This document shows, piece after piece, positions 9,997 to 19,746 of a DNA stretch of 64,000 bases (the stretch's first letter is position 1; the number at the start of each line of letters is the position of its first letter). Source of the stretch: a candidate division WOR-3 bacterium (GTDB lineage Bacteria > Hydrothermota > Tepidihabitantia > Tepidihabitantales > Tepidihabitantaceae); NCBI GenBank assembly GCA_965648905.1, contig CBFGIT010000006.1, forward strand, positions 63,598 to 127,597, written 5' to 3'. The position numbers and the translations under genes are program-made. Under the pieces are notes generated by a model that was given only the letters and a program-made list of their open reading frames with translations, was not told the origin of the DNA and made no database searches.

Positions 9997-9999
9997 CCG

Positions 10000-11805
10000 C
10001 TATCGGTTCCCGACCCGCCAGAACAGCAACGGCTGCAGCCGGCCAATCCGCCTGCCCTGCATTCCCGAGCCGGCGCGAAACGCCTCCAGCACCTGACCGA
10101 CGCCGGGCCCGAGTTGTGCACCAGCGTCAAGACCCGGGCTCGGGGAAGCTGGGACGGTTCCTGTTACTTCCTCGGGGCTGACTAGCACCGACTCTGCTTT
10201 GCCTGCCCGGCTCAAAGCCTCGGAAAGCCCGGATAGCCCCTGCATGAACCGCTCGCCGATGCCCAGGGCCACGGCATAGACATAGTACTCCTGCCAGATG
10301 ACGGAGAGCTCGAGCGGCGCCTGCTCGATTGCCGAGAAGTCAACCAGAAACCGCCGGAAGCTCTGCCAGCGCAGGTGCTCGTAGTAGGCAGGCGGACTCC
10401 AGCGCAGAATCGCCCGGCCCAGGTACGAGTACACGGCGCTGCTGAGCGCGAACGTCGCAAACATCAGAACCACCCGGAGCCGGAACGACAGGTCGATCGA
10501 GATGAGCACGAAGTTGAAGGGCACGAGGAGCCAGACCAGCGCCGTGGCCAGGGGCGCAACGAGGCAGAAAACCTGGTACGCGATCGAACTGGCCGGCTCC
10601 AGAAAACCGATGCCCAGCTTGGTCCACCACCAGTACCGGCCCTCTTGGCTCATCTGTTTGAGCCAGAACAGAAACGCATCCGGCTTCTCCGTGGCGTAAC
10701 GCCGGACGTCTTCAGCAGTGACAAAGCTCCGGCCCGCACTCACTCTGGTGAAGTAGTAGTCGATGACCTTCCGGCTCAGCTCATCAAGGTCACTGACCCG
10801 GTCCGGATGGGCCAGCACAAGACCGCGGCCTGCGCCGGTGCGCGCGTCACCCGGTATCAGGTCAAGCGTACCTCTGCGCGCGGCGTCGACCAGGGTTGCA
10901 AGGGTCGCGTCCAGGGTTTGCTCGGGCAACTCGGTCAGGTCCGGGGCCTGGCGCATGATCGGCGGCACAGCCAGAGGGGGAACAAGCTCGGGCGGCTCGC
11001 GCTCGTACAGCGCCTCGTGGCTGACGCGCGGTTCCCGACCATAGAGAAGATAGAGCACCAGCAACAGGACCAGCGGCAGCACCAGCAAACCAAGCCCGAA
11101 GTAGCGTCGCAGTGGTCCAGCTTCATCTGGTTCAGGTGGCATATCCTGTTCAATCGTAGGTGTGCTGGTTTCCACTTCTTGCATCAGTCCGGGCGTCCGC
11201 GGTAAGTCCTCGAACACGCCCGGGTCGGTCAGAACGTCGACGGTCAGTTGGTCGCCCCGTTCTAGGTCGTAGCGGATGAACGAGCCGCTCCTGCGGTCCT
11301 GGCTCACCAGGAAGTCAGCGCTGTCGGCAAGCTGAAAAGTTCTGGTCGCCGCCTTGGGCAGGCGTAGTTCCACCGTTGCCCGGGCAATCGAACCGCCGGC
11401 GTGGCCGACAACCGGTACTCGTACATGTGCAACGTCATCGTAGCACCGGACCGCGCGTTTGACCGTCAGGTCGATATGATAGCGTCTTGCCTGGTCTGTA
11501 GCGCGCGGCACCCAGGCCACGGTCAACGCTCCAGCTTCGTATCTGACGTCAACTTCATTGCCCGGCACGCGGTCATGTCCGTCATGCCCGGTCAGGCCAT
11601 TGAAGAGCACCCCGCTATCGTGATACAGAGCCGGGAAACTCAGGCGCACGCGGCGGTGCTTGCCTTCGAACCGACAGGTCAGCTCCTGTACCACATGGGC
11701 GCTGCCGTCCGAAGACAGCTCGACCACGGTCCTGATAGCCGGGAACGACACGCCGGCCAGAGTCAGCGCAGGCAGCAAGAACAGGCCAGCGAACCGGCGA
11801 ATCAT
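10000..11805 (-). CDS. DUF2207-like membrane protein
   Basis: Signal peptide, DGSAHVVQEL start, GREP/YEREPP after the first TM helix, C-terminal WQSFRRFLVDFS..IWQEYYVYAVALGI. Confidence 0.8.
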   Translation of the reverse strand: MIRRFAGLFLLPALTLAGVSFPAIRTVVELSSDGSAHVVQELTCRFEGKHRRVRLSFPALYHDSGVLFNGLTGHDGHDRVPGNEVDVRYEAGALTVAWVPRATDQARRYHIDLTVKRAVRCYDDVAHVRVPVVGHAGGSIARATVELRLPKAATRTFQLADSADFLVSQDRRSGSFIRYDLERGDQLTVDVLTDPGVFEDLPRTPGLMQEVETSTPTIEQDMPPEPDEAGPLRRYFGLGLLVLPLVLLLVLYLLYGREPRVSHEALYEREPPELVPPLAVPPIMRQAPDLTELPEQTLDATLATLVDAARRGTLDLIPGDARTGAGRGLVLAHPDRVSDLDELSRKVIDYYFTRVSAGRSFVTAEDVRRYATEKPDAFLFWLKQMSQEGRYWWWTKLGIGFLEPASSIAYQVFCLVAPLATALVWLLVPFNFVLISIDLSFRLRVVLMFATFALSSAVYSYLGRAILRWSPPAYYEHLRWQSFRRFLVDFSAIEQAPLELSVIWQEYYVYAVALGIGERFMQGLSGLSEALSRAGKAESVLVSPEEVTGTVPASPSPGLDAGAQLGPGVGQVLEAFRAGSGMQGRRIGRLQPLLFWRVGNR

Positions 11806-12177
11806 GACCTGATTATCAGCACCAACCCGCCACGGTCAAGCCAGGCTGTCAGCCCCAAGATGCGACCCGCTGTTCCAGACCCTGCTGCTGCCGGAGTCTA
11901 TTGCGGACACGACGATGTCAGTAGTCAGAAGCAGAATGACGGGGGCCAGGTCCGGCACAGGGGGATTGGGGAGAGGTCGTTCCCTGGGCCGCAGTTGGCT
12001 GTGAAGTGACCTGACTTGCCGGTGGTCGAGTACACCGTCGTCTGCCTGTCTGCGTTGGCGGTTGTCGGGGCGTCGGTCGAGGTCTCTGCTCAGCTTCGGC
12101 TTCAGCGATGCCAACTCAGATGCGGTCTGTCTGCCGCGGTTGACTATCGCTGAGCCTTACCTAGAGTGTAGCAGCTT

Positions 12178-12768
12178 ATGTCCTATGTCCAGGGCATGCA
12201 CATTGCCGACCTTGACCTTGATGGTTTGGCTCTGCTTGTTCTTGAGAACAGGTTGTGTTTTGTCTGTTCGTTGCTTGAGGACGAGCGCCGGTCTGATTTC
12301 GCCGGGGTCGAGTGTCAGGTGCGGCCTGAGGCCCTGAGACGGCTGGTGGCCGATGAGCGGTCCGGCGTGAAGGTGGCGGTGCAGGATGGCAGGGTTGTCG
12401 GCTATGCCGTGTTCGGCCGGCCCGAGTTGTTCCCGAGCCGGACGCGCCTGGGGTTTGAGTTCGACGACACCGGGCTGCTCATCGCCGCGCTCTACGTGAC
12501 CGAGCCGGCAAGGCAAGCCGGTGTTGACGTCATGTTGTTGTTGGAGATAATGGACTTTGCCATTGAGGCAGGGTACGAGATTGTCCAGGCGGTCTGTCGG
12601 ACTGATGACCGGTCAGGCCCGGAAGGTCCGATACGCCTGTTTGAGGCCGCTGGGTTCAGATTGACCGAGCCGGCTAACGGCTTGGCAAAGGCTGAGATTA
12701 GTCTGGAGGAATGGGCCGAGCGGCAGGAGACCGACGACGAGGAAAGCGGCCCGAATTCGGACATATGA
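12178..12768 (+). CDS. GNAT-fold N-acetyltransferase-like protein
   Basis: VAVQDGRVVGYAVFG, IAALYVTEPARQAGV (motif A-like), LFEAAGF. Confidence 0.7.
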   Translation: MSYVQGMHIADLDLDGLALLVLENRLCFVCSLLEDERRSDFAGVECQVRPEALRRLVADERSGVKVAVQDGRVVGYAVFGRPELFPSRTRLGFEFDDTGLLIAALYVTEPARQAGVDVMLLLEIMDFAIEAGYEIVQAVCRTDDRSGPEGPIRLFEAAGFRLTEPANGLAKAEISLEEWAERQETDDEESGPNSDI

Positions 12769-12772
12769 TATT

Positions 12773-12860
12773 GAGGGGCACGGAGTCAGCGAAGTTACCA
12801 AGGCTCGGTCACCTTATTCGACCTCGGATTCGCGAGCTCTCGTGACCCCTCTTTCCTTTT
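12773..12860 (+). ncRNA. Candidate structured small RNA, copy 1 (homolog of 13442-13531)
   Basis: gagggg-cacg ... cgtg-a-cccctc closing stem; apical AAGG-CUCGGUCA-CCUU; pyrimidine/U tail tttcctttt. Confidence 0.5.
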
Positions 12861-12876
12861 GCTGGTGAGCCGGGGC

Positions 12877-13326
12877 ATGTCTTCTCAATCCGAGACCCGC
12901 CACCAGTTTCGCGTTCGCACTGCAACAGTCGAAGTCAACACCCGGGGATTCTGTGACGTCATCGACATCACTGCCGAAGTGCGACGCGCTGTCGCTGGTT
13001 CCGGCATCCGCGATGGCATAGTATGCGTAGCCAACCCCGGCTCAACCGCGGGCATCACGACCATTGAGTTCGAGGCGGGTGCGGTCGAGGACTTGAAGGA
13101 GGCGCTCGAGAGGATTGTGCCGCAGAACCGACGTTACCGTCACGACGATGCGTGGCAGGACGGCAACGGCTTCGCCCATCTGCGCAGCGCACTGGTTGGA
13201 GCGTCGAGGTCGCTCCCGGTGAAGGATGGCATGCCGGTTCTTGGCACCTGGCAGCAGGTGATATTGGTGGACTTCGATAATCGGGACCGGCGTCGGCAGT
13301 TGGTCGTCACAGTGGTCGGAACATGA
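12877..13326 (+). CDS. yjbQ: YjbQ/UPF0047 family protein (secondary thiamine-phosphate synthase-like)
   Basis: VIDITAEV, GSTAGITTIE, YRHDDAWQDGNGFAHLRSALVG, LGTWQQVILVDFD. Confidence 0.9.
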   Translation: MSSQSETRHQFRVRTATVEVNTRGFCDVIDITAEVRRAVAGSGIRDGIVCVANPGSTAGITTIEFEAGAVEDLKEALERIVPQNRRYRHDDAWQDGNGFAHLRSALVGASRSLPVKDGMPVLGTWQQVILVDFDNRDRRRQLVVTVVGT

Positions 13327-13441
13327 AAAGAACCAAGACCGGCGCATGATGATTTCGCCGTGAGGCTGTACCAAGTTGTGAGCAGGGGTCTTGGCGCGCT
13401 TGGCCCAGAAGTCCGAAGCCGGGCTGCATCAGACTCGCACG

Positions 13442-13531
13442 AAAAAAGTGAGAGTCACGAGCAGTCCAGTGTCACGGCAATCTTGGTGACCGAGCCGATT
13501 CTTGATACCGAACTGTCGTGCTCTCACTAAT
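13442..13531 (-). ncRNA. Candidate structured small RNA, copy 2, with intrinsic-terminator U tract
   Basis: Minus strand AGUGAGAG-CACGA-CAGUUCGGU ... ACUGGACUG-C-UCGUG-A-CUCUCACU-UUUUU; apical GG-CUCGGUCA-CC. Confidence 0.55.
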
Positions 13532-13532
13532 C

Positions 13533-13560
13533 TTAGACGGCCCGGGCGGCAGAAAGGTTC
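13533..13560 (-). promoter_or_regulatory. ECF (sigmaE-type) promoter driving the candidate sRNA
   Basis: GAACCT (13560-13555), 16-bp spacer, GTCTAA (13538-13533), immediately upstream of the hairpin. Confidence 0.55.
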
Positions 13561-13614
13561 GCCGGCTTTCCCGGCCGTTTGGTCACCAAGAGTATTCTAG
13601 CCCCATTTACTGAG

Positions 13615-14880
13615 ATGTCAAGATTTCACGACCTCGCAATAGTGGGCGGAGGAGCGGCCGGACTGGCTTGCGGCGTGGCCGCGGTACGTCTTGGGCTGAA
13701 CGTGGTAATCATCGAGCGCAACTCAACTTGCGGCCGTAAGCTCGCCCTGACCGGTGGCCGCAAGTGCAATTTCACCCATGCTGAGACGCCTCATGCCATG
13801 GTGGCCCGGTTCGATTGCGCTCCTGAGCGGATTATGCCTTTGCTACGCCGATTCCCGTATCAACGGATAGTTAAGTTCTTCGAATCGCTGGGGATAGCTG
13901 CCCGCATTGACGATGAGGGCTGCGTCTGGCCCTCGCGGGCCGATGCTTCCGGAATCGTTGATTCCCTGGTCGGTGAGCTTGTCCGCGCTCGAACAACCGT
14001 GATTGTCGCAGCACGGGTGGTCGGGCTTGATGAAGGTTGGTCGGTGAGGCTTTCTGACGGTCGGCGCATCAATGCCAGAAACGTCTGTCTTGCAACTGGC
14101 GGCGCGAGCTATCCTCATACTGGTTCGACTGGTGACGGGCTGAGCCTGGCAGGTCGACTCGGGCTGGTGACCGTGCCGTGGTTTGCTGCCCTTGCCTCGC
14201 TCAGAACCAGGGAGAACCTGCGCGAGCTTGCCGGCATCTCTCAGCCGCGCGTGGACATGTCGCTTCTGGTCGGACCGAGCCGGGAGTCGCTTCAGGCCGT
14301 GCGTCGTGCTCAGGGCCACTTCATCTTCGCCCACGAGTACATATCCGGCTCCAGCGTTCTGAACCTATGCGGGTTTGCGGCCCGGGCTCTGGCCCAGTGT
14401 CGGCACGTCGTACTGCAAGTTGACTGGGCGCCGGACACGCGCCAGGATGAACTTGCCGCCCAACTTGCAACTGCCCGAGTCAATCGGCCCAGGGCAAAGC
14501 TTGCAACTGTCCTGGCGAGCTTTGTCTCACGGCGACTGGCGACCCGGCTTTGTCAGATGGTTCGGGTTGACCCGGACCGGCTGATGGCCGGATTGACGCG
14601 CCGCGATGCCGAGGCGATTGTGCGTGCGCTCAAGAGCACCGACCTCGAAGTCGTTGGTACTGAGCCGCTCGAGCGCGCCACCGTTGTCGGCGGAGGAGTG
14701 AGCCTTGATGAGGTTAACCTGCTGACCATGGAGGCGAAGCGGCGTCCGGGACTCTATCTTGCCGGCGAGATGCTCGACCTCTGGGCCGAGACCGGGGGGT
14801 ACAACCTGCACTTTGCCTGGGCATCAGGCATCGCTGCGGCTGAGGCAGCAGCGGGTCGGGCGCGGGCGGAGACCGCTTAG
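13615..14880 (+). CDS. HI0933/BaiN-family flavoprotein (NAD(P)/FAD-dependent oxidoreductase)
   Basis: GGGAAGL, GRKLALTGGRKCNFTH, ATGGASYPHTGSTGDG, TVVGGGV, TGGYNLHFAWASG. Confidence 0.92.
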   Translation: MSRFHDLAIVGGGAAGLACGVAAVRLGLNVVIIERNSTCGRKLALTGGRKCNFTHAETPHAMVARFDCAPERIMPLLRRFPYQRIVKFFESLGIAARIDDEGCVWPSRADASGIVDSLVGELVRARTTVIVAARVVGLDEGWSVRLSDGRRINARNVCLATGGASYPHTGSTGDGLSLAGRLGLVTVPWFAALASLRTRENLRELAGISQPRVDMSLLVGPSRESLQAVRRAQGHFIFAHEYISGSSVLNLCGFAARALAQCRHVVLQVDWAPDTRQDELAAQLATARVNRPRAKLATVLASFVSRRLATRLCQMVRVDPDRLMAGLTRRDAEAIVRALKSTDLEVVGTEPLERATVVGGGVSLDEVNLLTMEAKRRPGLYLAGEMLDLWAETGGYNLHFAWASGIAAAEAAAGRARAETA

Positions 14881-16208
14881 TTCAGGGCAGTGAGCTTGGC
14901 TTTGCTTGTGACCGAGCCCGGAACATGCATCTGTACGACGTAGACACCGGTGCTCGGGGGCAGGAAGCGGTACGAGTATCGTCCCGCACCGAGCTCGGCA
15001 TCAACGAGCGTCTCGATGACGCGACCGGAATTGTCGAGCACGCGCAGCTCGACCAGGCCGGACTTGACCAGCTCAAACGCAATCGTCCTCCGGCCGCGGC
15101 CTGAGGTCGGCAGCACGGCAACAGGCCGAGCCAGGACCGCCCCGGGCTGGTCTTCAAGTCCGACGCCATTGCGTGTGCGCACTTTCATTGAGTCCACGGC
15201 CATGTTGCCGGCTACGTCTGAGGCGCGGACGAGAATCCAGTATTCAGCATCGCCGACCAGGCCGCTTGCCCACTTGCCGTTTACGTCCGAGGACTCGATG
15301 ATTGAGTCACCGTCGGTGTTGGTGACGATGAAGTAGTAGTTGCGATAGTCGTAGTCACCTTGGGAGCGGCAGGTGTTGTCGCGCTTATAGACGACGCTGA
15401 CGTCCGAGCCGTTCAGGATGTTCGAGAACTGGACGCCAATCGTCCACGGTACGACGACTAGGCCGTCGGCGCGACGAATCATGTAGTCGAGCTGGTAGGG
15501 GGCGAGTTTGTCCCAGGTCGCGTTCCCGGTCGAGACCCCGGTCTTGTCGTAGACCTTGGCGATGATGTCAACGTCGCCGACCACCGAGTCGGGATTCAGG
15601 TAGCTGTTGTTGGCATTGTCCCGGCAGATTGCGAAGCGCCAGCTCGACCGGGTATTCTCAAACACTGGCACCTCGGTGTCGGTGTTCGGCTGAATAATGG
15701 TGAGCGGGTTCTGGATGAACCACCAAGTGACGTTGGGAAAACGCATCCAGGTCGCGCCGGTATCGGAGATACGGGCGAAGTGGCAGTGATCAAAGGTCGC
15801 GGCAATCGGCCACGCAACAAGATAGCCAATGACTTCGCCCTCCTGCACCTCGTCGCCCACGTTCCTGTGCCAGCGGGCCGCGTCAATGTGGGCGTAGAGC
15901 CAGCCTTCGGCCCGGCCGGTGAAGTCCGGACTGGTATCGCAGACCGCGAGCCGGTAGTGCAGCTCGGCCTGAATCGTGCCCCACCCTTTGACCCAGCCGT
16001 GGCGGACAGCCCGGACCTCAGAGCCCGAGGTGTCGGGGGTGATGACGTCGATACCGTTGTGGAAGTAACCGCCGCTGCCGTAGTTCTGGTAATTGCCCCA
16101 GTTGTTGCCCATCGGATGGACAACGTTGACCGGCGGAATCGGCCAGTTCGTGGCAAGAGCAGCCCGGGCAAGCAGCACGGAAAGCAAGAGCAATCGAGTG
16201 ATTCGCAC
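14877..16208 (-). CDS. Secreted M23-like peptidase domain protein with T9SS/FlgD-like CTD
   Basis: GGAGG then GTG 16208; signal peptide; FHNGIDV (HxxxD), YAHI, DHCHF (HxH); CTD STGVYVVQM..KAKLTALN. Confidence 0.75.
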   Translation of the reverse strand: MRITRLLLLSVLLARAALATNWPIPPVNVVHPMGNNWGNYQNYGSGGYFHNGIDVITPDTSGSEVRAVRHGWVKGWGTIQAELHYRLAVCDTSPDFTGRAEGWLYAHIDAARWHRNVGDEVQEGEVIGYLVAWPIAATFDHCHFARISDTGATWMRFPNVTWWFIQNPLTIIQPNTDTEVPVFENTRSSWRFAICRDNANNSYLNPDSVVGDVDIIAKVYDKTGVSTGNATWDKLAPYQLDYMIRRADGLVVVPWTIGVQFSNILNGSDVSVVYKRDNTCRSQGDYDYRNYYFIVTNTDGDSIIESSDVNGKWASGLVGDAEYWILVRASDVAGNMAVDSMKVRTRNGVGLEDQPGAVLARPVAVLPTSGRGRRTIAFELVKSGLVELRVLDNSGRVIETLVDAELGAGRYSYRFLPPSTGVYVVQMHVPGSVTSKAKLTALN

Positions 16209-16350
16209 GAAGCCTCCGAATATCATTCTGTTCGTCTGGTAGTGCAGCCGGCCTATCCGGCTGCACCATATTCTAGGTCGCAGCAGGACGGTGTCAAAGC
16301 CCGCCATTCGCCGTTTGACCCGTCCGACAGCCGCGCTATAATCAGCAGTC

Positions 16351-17727
16351 ATGCTTCCCCCAATCTTCGGGATCTCCGGGCTGCGCGGCGTGGTCGGGCA
16401 GGACCTGTTGCCTGAGACCGTGACCCGGGTCGCGGCCGCGTTCGGTGCCTTTGTCGGGCCGGGCACGGTCGCAATCGGCCGGGACACACGTACCTCGGGC
16501 GAGATGATGCTTGCGGCCGCAACCGCCGGCCTGCTTTCGACCGGCTGCGAGGTCGTGGACCTGGGTATCTGTCCGACTCCGACCGTGCTGCACTATACCC
16601 GGCTTTCGCGGCTGGCCGGGGCGATTGCCCTGACCGCGAGCCACAATCCCGAGCAGTGGAACGGGATGAAGTTCGTCAGCCGGGACGGCGATTTCATCTC
16701 TCCGGAGGAGCTGGCCGCGTTTCGCAAACTGGTCAAAGCCGGACCGCCCCGTTACGCGGGGTGGGACGGAGTGCGGCCGGTCAAGACTAATCCCAACGCA
16801 GTCTATGCCCACGTCAACGCCATCATCGGCAACCGGCTGTTTCGGGACATTCGCACTGCGGTCATCGGCCGCAAGCTCAAGGTGGGCGTGGATGCGGTCA
16901 ACGGCGCAGCCTCGAATGCCGCGCTCCAGCTCGTCGATGCGCTCGGGGCCGAGCCGGTCAAGCTCTACTGCTCGATTGAGCCGCGCAAGCCACTCGGGTT
17001 TCCGCGTCGGCCTGAGCCGACCGCCGAGAATATCACCGACCTCTGCAACTTCGTCAAGGAGCGCAAGCTCGACCTGGGTATCGCCTTTGACCCGGATGGC
17101 GACCGGTTCAGTTGCGTGGACGAGACCGGTACGGCGCTGGGCGAGGAAGCGACCATTTGTCTGGCCTGCAAGTACGTCCTTGCCCGACGCAAAGGGCCGG
17201 TCGTCGTGAACCTCTCGACCTCGCGCGCGGTGGATGAGGTCTGCGCCGGTTTCGGCGTCGCGGTTGAACGGACTCCGGTCGGAGAGGCTTCGGTGGTCGA
17301 GCGGATGAAGGCGGTCAACGCCGTTGTGGGCGGAGAAGGAAATGGCGGCGTGATTTTGCCCGAGCTCAATCTGACCCGGGACGGTCTGGTTGCCGCGGCG
17401 ACGGTTATGGGTCTGCTGAGCGAGAACAGCGGGCCACTTTCCGCCATCCGGCAGGCATTGCCGGCCTTTGTCATGGTTAAGATTACCCTGCCGATGAATC
17501 GGGATGATTTTGCCGCCCGCCTGGACCGGCTCGTTGCCGAGTTCAGCCCGGCTCGGGCCGACCGACACGACGGGCTGAGGCTGGATGGTGATGACTTCTG
17601 GCTGCACTGCCGGGTCTCCAACACCGAGCCGATTGTCCGGATTATCGTTGAGACAAGGGAACAGGCACGGGCCGTGGAGCTGGCCGAGCGGGCGCGGGGC
17701 GTACTCGCGACGCAGGAGAAGGCCTAG
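16351..17727 (+). CDS. glmM: Phosphoglucosamine mutase
   Basis: SGLRG, GRDTR, TASHNP, FDPDGDR, GGEGNG; directly upstream of glmS. Confidence 0.88.
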   Translation: MLPPIFGISGLRGVVGQDLLPETVTRVAAAFGAFVGPGTVAIGRDTRTSGEMMLAAATAGLLSTGCEVVDLGICPTPTVLHYTRLSRLAGAIALTASHNPEQWNGMKFVSRDGDFISPEELAAFRKLVKAGPPRYAGWDGVRPVKTNPNAVYAHVNAIIGNRLFRDIRTAVIGRKLKVGVDAVNGAASNAALQLVDALGAEPVKLYCSIEPRKPLGFPRRPEPTAENITDLCNFVKERKLDLGIAFDPDGDRFSCVDETGTALGEEATICLACKYVLARRKGPVVVNLSTSRAVDEVCAGFGVAVERTPVGEASVVERMKAVNAVVGGEGNGGVILPELNLTRDGLVAAATVMGLLSENSGPLSAIRQALPAFVMVKITLPMNRDDFAARLDRLVAEFSPARADRHDGLRLDGDDFWLHCRVSNTEPIVRIIVETREQARAVELAERARGVLATQEKA

Positions 17728-17730
17728 CCC

Positions 17731-19557
17731 GTGTGCGGCATCGTCGGTTACGTGGGTCCGCGTGACCTGTCGAACGTCATCCTTGTCGGGTTAGAGCGGC
17801 TGGAGTACCGCGGGTACGATTCCTGCGGCATCGCCACGGTCGACTCAGGCAGCATCACAATTCGTAAGACCACGGGCCGGTTGAAGCAACTGAAGGACAT
17901 CCTGGCCCGGCAGCCGGTCAAAGGCAGCGTCGGTATCGGCCATACTCGATGGGCGACCCACGGCCGCGTAACCGATGAGAACGCTCATCCGTTTGCCGAC
18001 TGCACGGGTACCATCGCTCTGGTGCACAATGGCATTGTCGAGAACTACCGGGAGCTGCGCGAGCGACTCATCAAGCAGGGCCACCGGTTCGTGTCCGGGA
18101 CCGACACCGAGGTCGTGGTTCATCTGATTGAGTCGTACTACCGGAACGACCTGGCCGTCGCGATTCGGCGGGCTGCGGCCGAGCTCGCGGGTTCTTTCGC
18201 CCTGGCCGTGATCTCGGTGCGAGAGCCGGACAGGCTCTTTGCTGTGCGGACCGGTTCGCCGCTGGTTATCGGTCGGGGTCGGCGTGAATGCGTGCTGGCG
18301 TCGGATGCGCCGGCGCTGGTGGGAATCGCCCGCAGGATGATGCCGATGCACGACGGCGAAATCGCGGTCGTGTCGCGTGATTCGGTCCAGGTTACTGACC
18401 TTGCCGGTCGGCCGGTCGAGCACGAGTTCACCGCTCTGGAGCTGAAGACCAGAGCGATGTCGAAAGGCAGATACCCGCACTTCATGCGCAAGGAGATATT
18501 CGAGCAGCCCAGGGTCATCAGCGAGAACATCGAACGCCGGTTCCGCGACCGCGCGGTCGTGCTCGACCCGGAGTTTCTCTTTTATCCGGACGAGGTCGAA
18601 AAGGTTGAACGGATTGTCATTCAGGCCTGTGGGACGTCGTACCATGCCGGGCTGGTCGGCCGATACTACTTCGAGAAGTTCTGCCGGATTCCGGTCTCGG
18701 TCGAAATCAGCTCGGAACTGCGAACTTCGGAGTACGTCTACGACGGCCACACCTTGATGGTGCCAATCAGCCAGTCAGGCGAGACTGCGGATACGCTCGC
18801 TGCGCTGCGCGAGGCGAACCGGCGCGAGATTCACTCGCTCGCGGTGCTCAATACCAGACGGTCGTCGATTGACCGCGAGGCCAGTTCCTCGGTTTTCATC
18901 CATGCCGGACCGGAAATCGGGGTTGCCTCGACCAAGGCCTATACGGCGCAGATTTTCACGCTGCTCAGTCTGGCCCTGTACTTCGGCCGGATTCGTAAGT
19001 CGATTTCGGACGAGAAGTTCGACGAGATTGCGGCCCACGTGCGCCGGCTGCCGGAGCAGTTGACCGAGGTGCTCGGTCTGGACAAGCGGATTCGTGACGT
19101 GGCGGGTCGGCTTTCGTTCGCCCACGACTTTCTGTTTCTCGGCCGGGGCATCAACTACCCGTCGGCGCTTGAGGGTGCGCTCAAGCTCAAGGAGATATCC
19201 TACGTGCATGCCACCGGCTACCCGGCCGGCGAAATGAAGCATGGACCGATTTCGCTTGTCACTGAGAATGTGCCGGTGATTGGGATTGCTCCGCGCGACT
19301 CGGTGTATGACAAAATGGTTTCGAACCTGGCCGAGGCGAGGGCGCGCAAGGGCCGGATTATTGCGGTCGGGACCGAGGGCGATACTGCTCTCGCCGAATT
19401 GGCCGAGACCGTGTTTTCGGTTCCGGAGATGCCGGAGTATCTCTCGCCCATCGTTGTTGCCCTGCCCCTGCAATTGCTCGCATATCATGTTGCGGTCCTG
19501 CGTGGCTGCGACGTAGACAAACCCCGTAACCTGGCCAAGTCGGTCACGGTTGAGTGA
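17731..19557 (+). CDS. glmS: Glutamine--fructose-6-phosphate aminotransferase
   Basis: MCGIVG, LEYRGYDS, GHTRWATHG, SQSGETADT, PRNLAKSVTVE. Confidence 0.98.
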   Translation: MCGIVGYVGPRDLSNVILVGLERLEYRGYDSCGIATVDSGSITIRKTTGRLKQLKDILARQPVKGSVGIGHTRWATHGRVTDENAHPFADCTGTIALVHNGIVENYRELRERLIKQGHRFVSGTDTEVVVHLIESYYRNDLAVAIRRAAAELAGSFALAVISVREPDRLFAVRTGSPLVIGRGRRECVLASDAPALVGIARRMMPMHDGEIAVVSRDSVQVTDLAGRPVEHEFTALELKTRAMSKGRYPHFMRKEIFEQPRVISENIERRFRDRAVVLDPEFLFYPDEVEKVERIVIQACGTSYHAGLVGRYYFEKFCRIPVSVEISSELRTSEYVYDGHTLMVPISQSGETADTLAALREANRREIHSLAVLNTRRSSIDREASSSVFIHAGPEIGVASTKAYTAQIFTLLSLALYFGRIRKSISDEKFDEIAAHVRRLPEQLTEVLGLDKRIRDVAGRLSFAHDFLFLGRGINYPSALEGALKLKEISYVHATGYPAGEMKHGPISLVTENVPVIGIAPRDSVYDKMVSNLAEARARKGRIIAVGTEGDTALAELAETVFSVPEMPEYLSPIVVALPLQLLAYHVAVLRGCDVDKPRNLAKSVTVE

Positions 19558-19746
19558 CCGTCGTTCAGTTCCGGGCCGCGGCGGTCCTACGTGGTTTGAC
19601 AGTAGTGCCCGGGTTGGGGTATACTTAAGATGAGGCGTCGAAGCATGACGGAACCAGTGGGAGCCGCTGCGCAGACCGGTGTCCGGTCCCCGGTCGGCAC
19701 GACTCCCCAGAACCAGCGATGGCACCTATAAACTACTGGAGGCTCT

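Noticed and set aside
11860..12130. Possible SRP RNA or Flp-pilin-like fragment in this intergenic gap
   Set aside because: CAGGTCCGG is not followed by the SRP AAGGAAGCAG motif, and the pilin-like peptide has no start or flanking motifs.
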